A DNA stretch of 46,580 nucleotides from Escherichia coli (GTDB lineage: Bacteria > Pseudomonadota > Gammaproteobacteria > Enterobacterales > Enterobacteriaceae), in NCBI RefSeq assembly GCF_003334255.1, contig NZ_QOWU01000043.1. One strand, written 5' to 3'. Below the pieces are notes generated by a model. That model was not told the origin of the DNA and did not search any database. It worked only from the letters and a program-made list of their open reading frames with translations. Numbering within the stretch: position 1 is the stretch's first letter; each line of letters starts with the position of its first letter. A program made the translations under genes and the position numbers. Shown one piece after another: positions 18,761-29,502 of the stretch.

Positions 18761-19615
18761 TCAGGGTGCAAGCTGTCTGACCCTTTCCCGATATTCTCCC
18801 GGGGTACAACCAAACTCGCGGACAAACGCCTTGTGAAAAGATGATTCACTGGCATAGCCTACTGACTCAGCGATCACCACAACAGGGAGCGTTTCCCGGG
18901 AAAACATCTGGGCCGCTATTTGTAGACGCAACTTTGTTAATACAGCCAGCGGCGTGGTTCCGGAAACATCACGGAAAAGCTGGGCAAAACTTGCCCGGGA
19001 CATGTGAGCGATGCTGGCCAGCGATTCGACGGTCCAGGCGTGTCCTGGCATTTCCAGCATTTGCTGTATTACCGCACCAAGACGTGGATGCAGAAGCAAA
19101 CTGAGAATGTTTTTCTCAGTATTAACCTGTGCAATCCACTCACGCACCGCGAGGGTAAAGAATGTAGCGCAGATCTGGCTACACAGTGCATCCACTCCCG
19201 GCATTGCCGATCTGGATTCCTGTTGTAAAAACGGGATCGCCTCCCTCAGCCAGTTATATTCCACGCTGTGGTTAACCGGTGCTAAAAACAGCGTTTCCGG
19301 CAAAGACGTTAAAAAATAACGCGCCGAATGTTGCAACCGAAGAGTGCCGCAGACAATACAGGTCGATTCATTATCGACATGACTCAGGCGATGAGCTGAA
19401 TTTTGTGGTAGCAGGACCACATTTCCCGGGCGTAATGTAAAAATCTCCCCCGTCGGCATTTCCAGCTTCGCCGCTCCTTGCGTTAACGCATGCCAACGAA
19501 TAACCGATAATTCCCCGGCACCATGTGGAAGCTGCCAGTCACTTCCTAACACGCAATTCTTATCGATCGTTCCTTGTGGAGCGTTAAGCATCAACAAACG
19601 GCTAAGGGCATCCAT
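18761..19615 (-). CDS. rclR: AraC-family reactive-chlorine-responsive activator RclR (YkgD)
   Basis: 284-aa ORF with C-terminal AraC-type HTH; divergent from rclA. Confidence 0.9.
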   Translation of the reverse strand: MDALSRLLMLNAPQGTIDKNCVLGSDWQLPHGAGELSVIRWHALTQGAAKLEMPTGEIFTLRPGNVVLLPQNSAHRLSHVDNESTCIVCGTLRLQHSARYFLTSLPETLFLAPVNHSVEYNWLREAIPFLQQESRSAMPGVDALCSQICATFFTLAVREWIAQVNTEKNILSLLLHPRLGAVIQQMLEMPGHAWTVESLASIAHMSRASFAQLFRDVSGTTPLAVLTKLRLQIAAQMFSRETLPVVVIAESVGYASESSFHKAFVREFGCTPGEYRERVRQLAP

Positions 19616-19840
19616 ATCAGACTCCTGAGTGGTTTTTGATTACAAACACCAACAATCTTAGTAAATAACTAATCTAATACCATCAAATAGTTAATCATGA
19701 TTTTTGTTTTGTGATTCTGATTAAGAAAAAGAAAATATCAGACGATAAGACAAAATATCAAGCGTTGTGAAGAAATGTTATTTGCTCTTTTGCGTCTATA
19801 GTCATGATGTCAAATGAACGCGTTTCGACAGGAAATCATC

Positions 19841-21166
19841 ATGAATAAATATCAGGCAGTGATTATTGGTTTTGGCAAGGCTGGAAAAACATTAGCCGTC
19901 ACGCTGGCAAAAGCAGGTTGGCGAGTGGCTCTCATCGAACAATCAAATGCAATGTATGGCGGGACCTGTATTAATATCGGCTGCATCCCAACCAAAACAT
20001 TGGTTCATGACGCACAGCAGCACACAGATTTTGTCCGTGCCATACAGCGTAAAAATGAAGTGGTTAATTTTTTACGTAATAAGAATTTTCATAATCTTGC
20101 GGATATGCCCAATATCGACGTGATCGACGGCCAGGCGGAGTTTATCAATAATCATAGCCTGCGTGTTCATCGGCCTGAGGGAAATCTGGAAATTCATGGC
20201 GAGAAAATTTTTATTAATACCGGTGCACAAACCGTGGTTCCGCCAATTCCTGGAATTACCACCACGCCAGGAGTATATGACAGCACCGGATTACTTAATC
20301 TAAAAGAATTGCCTGGGCATTTAGGTATTTTGGGCGGCGGATATATTGGCGTTGAGTTCGCCTCTATGTTCGCTAATTTTGGCAGCAAGGTAACCATTTT
20401 AGAAGCAGCTTCGCTGTTTTTGCCTCGGGAAGATCGGGATATTGCTGATAATATCGCGACGATTTTACGCGATCAGGGCGTCGATATTATCCTCAATGCC
20501 CATGTGGAGCGAATCAGTCACCATGAAAATCAAGTGCAAGTGCATAGCGAGCACGCCCAACTGGCGGTGGATGCACTGTTAATAGCTTCCGGTCGTCAAC
20601 CGGCTACCGCTTCGTTACATCCAGAAAATGCCGGTATCGCAGTAAACGAGCGCGGGGCAATTGTCGTTGACAAGCGATTACATACCACCGCAGACAATAT
20701 TTGGGCGATGGGAGATGTTACCGGCGGGCTGCAATTTACTTACATATCACTGGATGATTACCGCATTGTACGTGATGAGTTACTGGGTGAAGGCAAACGT
20801 AGTACTGATGATCGGAAAAATGTGCCTTATTCCGTATTTATGACACCGCCCCTGTCCAGGGTTGGTATGACAGAAGAACAAGCCAGAGAGAGTGGTGCTG
20901 ATATTCAGGTGGTGACATTGCCTGTAGCTGCAATTCCGCGTGCCAGAGTGATGAATGATACTCGTGGGGTATTAAAAGCGATTGTTGATAATAAAACCCA
21001 ACGTATGTTAGGGGCATCACTGCTGTGTGTTGACTCCCACGAGATGATCAATATAGTGAAAATGGTGATGGATGCCGGGCTGCCTTATAGCATATTACGC
21101 GATCAGATATTTACTCATCCGTCGATGAGCGAATCACTCAATGATCTATTTTCATTAGTCAAATAA
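19841..21166 (+). CDS. rclA: pyridine nucleotide-disulfide oxidoreductase RclA (YkgC)
   Basis: ORF 19814..21166; start set at MNKYQAVIIGFG (441 aa); FAD-binding GxGxxG and redox-active CINIGC motif. Confidence 0.9.
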   Translation: MNKYQAVIIGFGKAGKTLAVTLAKAGWRVALIEQSNAMYGGTCINIGCIPTKTLVHDAQQHTDFVRAIQRKNEVVNFLRNKNFHNLADMPNIDVIDGQAEFINNHSLRVHRPEGNLEIHGEKIFINTGAQTVVPPIPGITTTPGVYDSTGLLNLKELPGHLGILGGGYIGVEFASMFANFGSKVTILEAASLFLPREDRDIADNIATILRDQGVDIILNAHVERISHHENQVQVHSEHAQLAVDALLIASGRQPATASLHPENAGIAVNERGAIVVDKRLHTTADNIWAMGDVTGGLQFTYISLDDYRIVRDELLGEGKRSTDDRKNVPYSVFMTPPLSRVGMTEEQARESGADIQVVTLPVAAIPRARVMNDTRGVLKAIVDNKTQRMLGASLLCVDSHEMINIVKMVMDAGLPYSILRDQIFTHPSMSESLNDLFSLVK

Positions 21167-21274
21167 ACTCAAAATCAGACGCCAGAACAAATATTCTGGC
21201 GTCTCAGAGAAAAGAATCTTATTAATTCTCTGTTACTCTATAACTTCTTAATCACTTCATTGATGGTATTTTAT

Positions 21275-21511
21275 ATGTTTAAAAAATCTGTTTTATTTGC
21301 AACACTATTATCTGGCGTTATGGCATTTTCCACCAATGCAGATGATAAAATAATTCTGAAACATATCAGCGTCTCGTCAGTATCAGCATCACCGACAGTT
21401 CTGGAGGATACCATTGCTGATATAGCCAGAAAATATAATGCTTCATCCTGGAAAGTCACATCGATGCGAATTGATAATAATTCAACCGCAACAGCAGTAT
21501 TGTATAAATAA
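21275..21511 (+). CDS. rclB: small periplasmic protein RclB (YkgI, DUF1471)
   Basis: ORF 21260..21511; start set at MFKKSV (78 aa); N-terminal signal peptide. Confidence 0.8.
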   Translation: MFKKSVLFATLLSGVMAFSTNADDKIILKHISVSSVSASPTVLEDTIADIARKYNASSWKVTSMRIDNNSTATAVLYK

Positions 21512-21522
21512 GGATGTTCACA

Positions 21523-22116
21523 ATGGAAAAATACCTGCACCTGTTAAGTCGGGGAGATAAAATTGGCCTGACATTGATTCGTCTGAGTATTGCAATTGTT
21601 TTTATGTGGATTGGGTTATTAAAGTTTGTCCCTTACGAGGCAGACAGCATTACACCATTCGTCGCAAACAGTCCACTAATGTCGTTCTTTTATGAACACC
21701 CGGAAGACTATAAACAGTATCTGACTCACGAAGGCGAATACAAACCAGAAGCAAGGGCATGGCAAACGGCCAATAATACCTATGGTTTTTCCAACGGTCT
21801 TGGCGTCGTGGAGGTGATTATTGCTCTGCTGGTTTTGGCTAATCCTGTCAATCGCTGGTTAGGTTTATTGGGAGGACTGATGGCATTTACCACGCCGCTG
21901 GTAACACTCTCATTTTTAATCACCACCCCGGAGGCATGGGTACCCGCATTGGGTGACGCTCATCATGGTTTCCCTTATTTATCCGGTGCTGGTCGCCTGG
22001 TATTGAAAGATACTCTGATGCTGGCAGGTGCAGTCATGATAATGGCAGATTCGGCGCGGGAAATTCTTAAACAACGCAGTAATGAATCCAGTTCAACGTT
22101 AAAAACTGAATATTGA
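21523..22116 (+). CDS. rclC: inner membrane protein RclC (YkgB)
   Basis: ORF 21514..22116; start set at MEKYLHL (197 aa); hydrophobic. Confidence 0.85.
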   Translation: MEKYLHLLSRGDKIGLTLIRLSIAIVFMWIGLLKFVPYEADSITPFVANSPLMSFFYEHPEDYKQYLTHEGEYKPEARAWQTANNTYGFSNGLGVVEVIIALLVLANPVNRWLGLLGGLMAFTTPLVTLSFLITTPEAWVPALGDAHHGFPYLSGAGRLVLKDTLMLAGAVMIMADSAREILKQRSNESSSTLKTEY

Positions 22117-22257
22117 TAATCCGAACACTGTCTGTTGTTCACTTTTTCAGGCGTCAGGCCCCCTTTCTGATGATGAAGCCTGACGCCATATTACCGGAGA
22201 TATGACAGAGTGAAGATCAATATCACTCCCTGTTAAAAGGTTTTTGTCGTCTTAGGT

Positions 22258-22289
22258 AAAATACATGATTAATATCAATCATGTATTTT
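22258..22289. promoter_or_regulatory. 13-bp-arm perfect palindrome AAAATACATGATT-aatatc-AATCATGTATTTT in rclC/ykgA intergenic region; candidate operator
   Basis: Direct read; function not established. Confidence 0.4.
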
Positions 22290-22705
22290 TACAGCAAGAC
22301 AACCACGAACAAATTCAGGATTAAAATGTTTTACCGACTCCCCAACATAACCCAAATCAAGCGAACTAATTTGTGCCATTTCTTTATCTGTCAGTGAGAA
22401 ATCGATTTTTGATGGGCATCTGCAATACTCTGAAGCAGACTATACGGAAAATTCCACTGTCAGTCCCTCCATTAGGCATGAACAATGAGTCTACGTTAAA
22501 ACGTAACCTCAAAGTAGTATGTGGATTTTGATATCACTTATGCAAAAAATTCATTAATAATGTAGGACTGAAACCTCTCTATTTTCGGGGACAACGAAGC
22601 AGACGCTACCAGTGCTTTTGCCTTCGCCCTTGCTATTTTTGATACACTTAGGGCCCAGGGTATAACGAAAATGTGCGATATGACAAAGAATTAACGGAGA
22701 ATGAG

Positions 22706-23557
22706 ATGATCAGGCAGAAGATTCTACAGCAGCTCCTGGAGTGGATTGAGTGCAATCTTGAGCACCCTATTTCAATCGAAGATATCGCACAGAAATCTGG
22801 CTACAGCAGACGCAACATCCAGCTTCTGTTCCGAAATTTCATGCATGTGCCTTTGGGAGAATACATTCGCAAACGAAGGCTTTGTCGTGCCGCCATTCTT
22901 GTCCGGCTCACCGCGAAATCTATGCTTGATATTGCACTCTCTTTGCATTTTGATTCACAGCAGTCATTCAGCCGCGAATTTAAAAAGTTATTCGGCTGCT
23001 CTCCCCGTGAATACCGCCACCGTGATTATTGGGATCTCGCAAATATCTTCCCTTCTTTTTTAATACGTCAACAGCAAAAGACGGAGTGTAGATTAATCAA
23101 CTTTCCTGAGACACCTATTTTTGGCAACTCATTTAAATATGACATTGAAGTGTCGAATAAATCACCGGATGAAGAAGTCAAACTACGACGTCATCATTTA
23201 GCCAGATGTATGAAGAATTTTAAGACGGATATCTATTTCGTTTCCACGTTTGAACCGTCAACAAAATCGGTCGATTTGCTCACGGTTGAAACTTTTGCTG
23301 GTACGGTATGTGAATATGCTGACATGCCAAAAGAGTGGACAACGACCCGAGGACTTTATGCCTCTTTCCGTTATGAAGGAAACTGGGAAAATTATCCTGA
23401 CTGGGTGCGTAACATCTATCTGATAGAGTTACCTGCCAGGGGGTTAGCCAGAGTGAACGGCAGCGATATTGAGCGCTTTTATTACAATGAAGATTTCGTA
23501 GAAAAGGATGGCAATGATGTTGTTTGCGAAATTTTTATTCCCGTTCGTCCGGTTTAG
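22706..23557 (+). CDS. ykgA: AraC-family regulator YkgA (N-terminal HTH with C-terminal effector-binding domain), apparently intact
   Basis: ORF 22673..23557 (GTG); preferred start is ATG 22706 with GGAGA 5 nt upstream; AraC HTH near N-terminus. Confidence 0.8.
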   Translation: MIRQKILQQLLEWIECNLEHPISIEDIAQKSGYSRRNIQLLFRNFMHVPLGEYIRKRRLCRAAILVRLTAKSMLDIALSLHFDSQQSFSREFKKLFGCSPREYRHRDYWDLANIFPSFLIRQQQKTECRLINFPETPIFGNSFKYDIEVSNKSPDEEVKLRRHHLARCMKNFKTDIYFVSTFEPSTKSVDLLTVETFAGTVCEYADMPKEWTTTRGLYASFRYEGNWENYPDWVRNIYLIELPARGLARVNGSDIERFYYNEDFVEKDGNDVVCEIFIPVRPV

Positions 23558-23585
23558 TTGGTCACTATCTCTTATTGAGTTTTAT

Positions 23586-23621
23586 CCTTGCCTGATACTA
23601 TTTAATCAGTATCAGGCAAGG
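23586..23621. terminator. 14-bp-stem hairpin CCTTGCCTGATACT-N8-AGTATCAGGCAAGG between convergent ykgA and eaeH
   Basis: Direct read; no strong U-run on either side, so terminator function is inferred from position only. Confidence 0.45.
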
Positions 23622-23696
23622 TATTCAGTGAATAATGGCGTTGAATATTTCAACACCATTATTCTTTATTAGATCGTAACTTTCATACTATTCAAA

Positions 23697-26600
23697 TTAT
23701 GGCATCTCCTCCTCGCCATTTTCAGTCTCTGCAGCAACGGCGTTAATTGTCACCTTCACAGGCGTCATTTCGTACCCGCCATACGTCAGTGCGTTGAATG
23801 TGAACGTATAGACACCTGGCTTGCTGGTACTAAATGTACGCGTGATTTTCCCACCTGAGAAATGGTCAGCCTTCGACGGCAGGAATTGATAATCCTTCTC
23901 CGTCACTCCTTCCGGAGCCTCAATGTCGACCCACATACTTCCTCCTACGGGATTGACTCCCGCCATCAGGGTAACCGTCATTGTTGCAGTAGTCTTCCCG
24001 TCCGCCACCAGAGAATCTACACGTTCTGGAGATGCGGCGAGCACCGCGTTTTTATCATCCGCGACGAATTTAGATTCAGCAGTTTTCGTCGATACCTGAC
24101 CGTTGGCCTGTTCCACTTTCGCCGTGAGTGTATATGTCGCTGCGATAGTGGTAGAGCCGGTGAAAACAGCCTGTCCTTGCTCATTAGTTTTCGCCGTCCC
24201 TTTAGGATCCAGAACTAAATTTTCCGAGCTGGCAGTCAGCGTCACGTCGCTATCCTTCAACAGGTTGTTATTGGCATCAGTCACCGTAACTTTATACGTC
24301 TGTTTGGTTTTGCCATCCGCCACTGCACGGTTGCCAATCACCTCAATACTGGAGATGGTCGCCGTAGTCTTATCGGCCACAAACGTTACAGACTGCGCAT
24401 TCGAAGGCTGGTCATTTCCTGCCGACGCCGTGATCTCATACGTTCCGGCAGTCACGGAGACCACTTTCAGTTCCGCTTTACCCTCCTTGTCGGCGTTCAC
24501 CATGATATTACCGTCTGCAAGCGGTTTGACGCCCCGAGGCAGATTAAAGACGACCACAGCGCCAGGCAGAAGGTTGCCGTATTGATCCTTAACCGTTGCC
24601 GTCAGCGTAAAGGCATCATTGTCGTTTGCCACTTTTGGCGTGCTGCCATCAACCTCCAGGGTCGCCTGACCGGTACTGAAATCCGCCTTGAATTTCACCG
24701 TAACCGTCTTCTGAGCATTATTCACTGAGGCCGTGATGCTGTGTTCCCCCGCAACCGTTGACATAAGCTCAATGTCCACTTTCCCTGCCGCATTGGTTGT
24801 TACTGTATTCCCCGTCTTGCTGGTCACACCCTGCGGTAAAGTCAGCGTAACTTCTTGCCCCTGCAACGGGTTACCATAGCTGTCCACGACGGTCAGGGTT
24901 ATCTGGTTAGCAGACTGTCCATTAGCCAGTTGGTTATTAACCTTCACTGTCATATCACGAATCTCAGCCTTAGATGCGTCACCTGCAACGTTCAGCACCA
25001 GTGGCTGAGCAACGGCATTTTGGCCGTTCACTCGCGGCATCACAGACAACTGACCCGCGGCAGATCCCAGCGTTAAGGTCGCCACGTAGACCCCATTACC
25101 TTTCTCTGTCCAGTTTCCTGCTGAAGGACGCTCACTCCCCGTGCTGGCGGCACCGCTAAACACTGGTGCATCTGGCTTCAGCCCGGTGACCGGGTTCCCG
25201 TACGCATCCTTCACGGTGAAGGTGAGTTCCGTCGTCATTTTGACGGTCGGAGCCTTATTGTCCGCAACAAGCGTAGAGTTCGCTGATGACATCTCTCCGG
25301 CGATGACCGTCAACTGCGCGGCTTCGGTGGCTGCTGGCTGGCCGTTGAAGAGCGGCATGACACGAAGCTCGCCCGTCTTTCCGCCTGTAGTTAACGTAGC
25401 AACATAGGAACAGTCACCTTTTTCGGTCCAACTGGAAACGGTCGCCCCTTCAGAGGCGGTCCCCGTCAAACTTGCCGACAACGAAAGACCACTGATAGTG
25501 TTGCCATGTGCATCTTTTGCAATAAGCGTCACGGTTGTGCTTTCGCCGGCTTTTACGTGATCTTCTGCGACAGAGACTTTCGACTGGTTTGAAGATAACG
25601 CATCAGCCACCACGGTTACTTTTGCCGCATTTGCTGCCGCATCCTGTCCATTTAGCTTCGGCATAACTTCTAATTCACCCGCCGTAGAGCCGAGAGTAAT
25701 CTGCGCAGTCCACGTCCCATCACCATTATTTGTCCAGCCAGATGCCGTAGAACCTACAGCAGCGGCACCCGCTAATGACGGCGCTTCCGGCGTGAGGCTG
25801 GTCACAGGGTTGTCATAGGCATCTTTTGCCGTCCAGATTGCCGTAACTGTACCGCCAACCACCGGTTTATCAGGATTCAGGGTGATGGACGAATGTGCTG
25901 CATCAAGCGGACCGGCAACAAACTTCAGCGTTTGTTGTAATGTGCCCAGCTGATACTGCTCGCTGAAAGCACGCACAACAACGTTTCCGGCACGGGTCGA
26001 AGAAACCGTGGCGCTGTAAACGCCTGGTTTTATTTCCGAAATGGCACCAACGGTTACACCATTAGTGTCTTGCGGAACAAATCGCAAGCGGCTGGCTTCT
26101 CCCGTCACCGGATTACCCTCGGAGTCCACCGCAGTCAACGTCAACGTATAGGCTTGCTGACCATCAGCAACCACATCACCTGACGGCTCGTTAGCGCTCA
26201 GGGTGGAGTTTGCCACATCCATCATCGTGGCCCGCAGTTCTGCAGTGACGGTTTTGCTCATGCCATCAACGCTAACAGTAATCGTTGCCTCACCTGACTG
26301 CGTTCCGGTAGTAAAGACAGACTGATACACCCCTGCTTCAGTTTCGGTGAACTCACCCAGTGTTGGCTTTGCCTGTGATTTAGTGGCCTTCAGGGAACGA
26401 GTCACAATATTTCCAGCCGGTTTGAAGGCTAGTTCAGTCTTGATCTGATCTTTCATGCCCGTGACTGGCTGCCCCTCGGCGTCGCGCAGAGACAGCACCA
26501 GCGGTCTTTGCTCATTACCGTTAGCAAGCATTTGAATACGGCTCTGACCGTCAAGCGTTAACGCCGTGCGATCGGCGCTCATACCTGCTCCGGTAATGAC

Positions 26601-27953
26601 CACCTCTGTCTGCACGCGTTTTGAGGCATTGCCTTTGTTATCGTAGGCAACCGCAGAAATCGCATAATAATTGTCTTTGCCTGGACGATAAGCCGGGAGC
26701 GTTACTTGCCACTGACTACCCTGACCGGTAATTTTGCCACCCTCAGCCAGTAATGACGGCGCTTCCCACTGCACATTTTTCAGTCCGTGAGTTGCTTTGC
26801 TGACCACAAGCCCCAGGGAAAGTGTCTGACCACCCTTACCTTCAATACGTTCAGGCAGAGCAATACGGATCACTTCAGATTTGCGGTACTCAAGAACGAT
26901 GTTGTTATTACGCTCAACCAGGTCATAGCGGCTGCCTACCAGTACCCGACGCTCGCGAATGCTGTCTGTATCGAGTTGTTTCGCCAGAGGTTCGCCAATC
27001 CGATAATTAACTTCCAGGCCAAAGCGAGTGTCATTCTCACCACTCTTGCCCTGCTTATGCCCGGCGCTCAGTGTCAGAAGAGGCACTGGCGTATAGGTCA
27101 CCTCGGCAGAAATAGCATGCGGGTCTTTCTGGCGCTTATCTTTACCAAACAGCCCGACTTCATCGCCATAATACTGTTCATACATCAGGCTTGCGCCAAG
27201 CTGCGGCCAGGCGGGTAAATAGCCCTCAGCACGAATATCCCAGCCATTCGCCGGGCGTTCCTGATAATCCTCAATATCCGGCGATTTTTTCCAGCCAGAA
27301 GCCCGAATATAACCATTGGCGCTCAGTTTCAGATAATCGCGCCAGTATTCCGCACCAACACCAATGCGGGTATGACTACGGGATAAATCATGATCGATAA
27401 AAGTATTCACCCCCGCCATCCAGTCATTTCCTGAAAAATGACGCCAGCCAAAACCAATATTTGACTGAGTACGATCGTCTGTACGATGTATTGCCCCCTG
27501 AGTGAACAACATATTTGTCGGCGTATCATAAATCGGATAAAGCATTTCCAGCGAAGAATCCTTCAGCGAGAAATCTTTATCGACATTCAGTTTGACGCGC
27601 GCAGTACCATATTTCCCGAGCCACTCCTGTATTTCCTGGTTAGCTTTAGCTGTGGCCATTCCGGTAATAAAGTTACGTGTCGCATCGCTATCTGGCTGAC
27701 TGCTTAAAAATGTCCCGGCATTTGCGGCAAACGACGCGACATTTTTCTCCACGTTATTATCAGCAGTTACCGTAGTATTTCCCATGCTCAACCGTGGCTG
27801 AACCGCATGCTGCGCACGTGCCGCCATTACTGGGGTAAAGGTGACAGCGAGTGGAAAAAGAACCTGAACAGAGATATTTGCCCACGCCACGCAGCGGGCC
27901 AGAACTGAATAACGAAATCGTGGTTGTTTATGACCTGTTTTATAATGTGACAT
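23697..27953 (-). CDS. eaeH: intimin/invasin-like adhesin EaeH (FdeC), full length
   Basis: 1418-aa uninterrupted ORF with repetitive Ig-like (Big-type) domains; recognised as EaeH/FdeC. Confidence 0.9.
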   Translation of the reverse strand: MSHYKTGHKQPRFRYSVLARCVAWANISVQVLFPLAVTFTPVMAARAQHAVQPRLSMGNTTVTADNNVEKNVASFAANAGTFLSSQPDSDATRNFITGMATAKANQEIQEWLGKYGTARVKLNVDKDFSLKDSSLEMLYPIYDTPTNMLFTQGAIHRTDDRTQSNIGFGWRHFSGNDWMAGVNTFIDHDLSRSHTRIGVGAEYWRDYLKLSANGYIRASGWKKSPDIEDYQERPANGWDIRAEGYLPAWPQLGASLMYEQYYGDEVGLFGKDKRQKDPHAISAEVTYTPVPLLTLSAGHKQGKSGENDTRFGLEVNYRIGEPLAKQLDTDSIRERRVLVGSRYDLVERNNNIVLEYRKSEVIRIALPERIEGKGGQTLSLGLVVSKATHGLKNVQWEAPSLLAEGGKITGQGSQWQVTLPAYRPGKDNYYAISAVAYDNKGNASKRVQTEVVITGAGMSADRTALTLDGQSRIQMLANGNEQRPLVLSLRDAEGQPVTGMKDQIKTELAFKPAGNIVTRSLKATKSQAKPTLGEFTETEAGVYQSVFTTGTQSGEATITVSVDGMSKTVTAELRATMMDVANSTLSANEPSGDVVADGQQAYTLTLTAVDSEGNPVTGEASRLRFVPQDTNGVTVGAISEIKPGVYSATVSSTRAGNVVVRAFSEQYQLGTLQQTLKFVAGPLDAAHSSITLNPDKPVVGGTVTAIWTAKDAYDNPVTSLTPEAPSLAGAAAVGSTASGWTNNGDGTWTAQITLGSTAGELEVMPKLNGQDAAANAAKVTVVADALSSNQSKVSVAEDHVKAGESTTVTLIAKDAHGNTISGLSLSASLTGTASEGATVSSWTEKGDCSYVATLTTGGKTGELRVMPLFNGQPAATEAAQLTVIAGEMSSANSTLVADNKAPTVKMTTELTFTVKDAYGNPVTGLKPDAPVFSGAASTGSERPSAGNWTEKGNGVYVATLTLGSAAGQLSVMPRVNGQNAVAQPLVLNVAGDASKAEIRDMTVKVNNQLANGQSANQITLTVVDSYGNPLQGQEVTLTLPQGVTSKTGNTVTTNAAGKVDIELMSTVAGEHSITASVNNAQKTVTVKFKADFSTGQATLEVDGSTPKVANDNDAFTLTATVKDQYGNLLPGAVVVFNLPRGVKPLADGNIMVNADKEGKAELKVVSVTAGTYEITASAGNDQPSNAQSVTFVADKTTATISSIEVIGNRAVADGKTKQTYKVTVTDANNNLLKDSDVTLTASSENLVLDPKGTAKTNEQGQAVFTGSTTIAATYTLTAKVEQANGQVSTKTAESKFVADDKNAVLAASPERVDSLVADGKTTATMTVTLMAGVNPVGGSMWVDIEAPEGVTEKDYQFLPSKADHFSGGKITRTFSTSKPGVYTFTFNALTYGGYEMTPVKVTINAVAAETENGEEEMP

Positions 27954-28823
27954 TGAGATAATTTCCTGATGAACGAATTAACGAACATAGGCAGACACAA
28001 ATAATGGCGTCTGCTTGTCAGAAAAACCGGGGATTTCCCGATTTCCTTTTCCGCAGAAAAGGAAATACCTTTATGTAAGAAAGTGCACCGCCACCTAATA
28101 TATCCAGTGCCTATAGCCACTCATCAGGTGGTTGGGCGCGGGATTATATTTTTATTTATGGGGGAAAATTTAGCTTTTTGTGCAAGTCATTAAATAGATA
28201 CCTAAGTTATATTTCTTACTCTGCGGACAGTGAATAATTCACTATTCAGAGTGAATAACAATGACCTGCCTTTAATTAAAACTATTGGAAATACGTCGAA
28301 ATAGGTATATATGCCAGGATAAACCAATATATTTTTTATGGATATTCATTTTCCTTCATCGGACTGTAAATTGCGGAGATATCGAACTTGCACTACCCAT
28401 CGCAACACTCAAACAGATTTATGAATTTCGTTCATAACCCCTGACAAATTCTGCCGTCTAATCGAGCTTTTCCCTTTACGTTATGCTTCTCATGAACGAT
28501 AACACAACTTGTTCATGAATTAACCATTCCGGATAAACTATGGGATCAAATTCAGGCATCGAAAGGAACTGGCTGGTTTCCGTTAATGGATTAAATATCT
28601 ATTATTCTCCCGAGAGTAAAACTATCAAATCAATGAGTAACCGATACAGCCTCACAAATTCTTTCAGATAATTAACCCGTCACTGCGGCACGTTCTCTCA
28701 TAAGGCGTGCCTGCAGTGTAATCCAGTATGTATCCGGCATAGTTGACGGTTTAATAGAACTCAATTCCTCTCCCAGGTCACCAACAACGATATCTTGTAT
28801 AACACCCCAGGAGATACGACATT

Positions 28824-28943
28824 ATGATGAGATGCGATATGCTCCTCAGCACCAATCAACGCCCGGACTGGGCCAGTCTTGAGATCAGACTCATTCCCGG
28901 AACTGACTTCAGGCGACATATATCAATGACGTTGGTGCAATAA
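28824..28943 (+). CDS. candidate 39-aa small ORF (MMRCDMLLSTNQRPDWASLEIRLIPGTDFRRHISMTLVQ)
   Basis: AGGAGA Shine-Dalgarno 9 nt upstream of ATG; terminator-like hairpin about 80 nt downstream; no homologue recognised. Confidence 0.25.
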   Translation: MMRCDMLLSTNQRPDWASLEIRLIPGTDFRRHISMTLVQ

Positions 28944-29024
28944 AAGATAGTTGATGTAATACATCTATTCAAATTTGTGATACATGTCAAAAATTGGTTG
29001 ACCAAACTCGTTATTTATATAAGG

Positions 29025-29049
29025 GCACTTACGAAGTGCACTCTTTTTT
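29025..29049 (+). terminator. intrinsic-terminator-like hairpin GCACTT-acg-AAGTGC followed by a T6 run, immediately upstream of the ykgR ribosome-binding site
   Basis: Direct read; short 6-bp stem with 3-nt loop. Confidence 0.4.
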
Positions 29050-29066
29050 AAAGCGAGGAAGTACCA

Positions 29067-29168
29067 ATGAAAGAGAATAAAGTACAGCAAATCAGTCATA
29101 AACTGATTAATATCGTTGTTTTTGTCGCAATTGTAGAATACGCCTATTTATTTCTCCATTTCTATTAA
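29067..29168 (+). CDS. ykgR: small membrane protein YkgR (33 aa)
   Basis: ATG preceded by GAGGAAG; encodes MKENKVQQISHKLINIVVFVAIVEYAYLFLHFY with one hydrophobic helix; recognised from recall as YkgR. Confidence 0.7.
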   Translation: MKENKVQQISHKLINIVVFVAIVEYAYLFLHFY

Positions 29169-29502
29169 TAACGGAAATAAACTGTTCACTTCAGTGATAT
29201 TTAAAATATGCATCCTCTCCCTTTTTTGTAAGTAATTATTATATCCGTGGGAGAGGAATACACGCTGTCAGGTAATCAATCATACTGCGATAAATTATCG
29301 GCCAGTAAAGTGGAGATAACCTCCATTCTCGAAAAATCCATACTCTCAGCAAAACCATCATCAATCACTCATCCAGGCGTTTATGGGAGCGTCACCAATG
29401 GCTGCTAACAATGCCAGAGTTCCCCGTTGCGAAAATTCCACATCCACAAAGAGTCACAGGGATTGAGTGTTGAAATGATCCGGATGAGCATGTGTCTTTA
29501 TG

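Noticed and set aside
27827-28120. 97-aa minus-strand ORF overlapping the eaeH start
   Set aside because: Overlaps the eaeH 5' end and its leader hairpin; no independent support.
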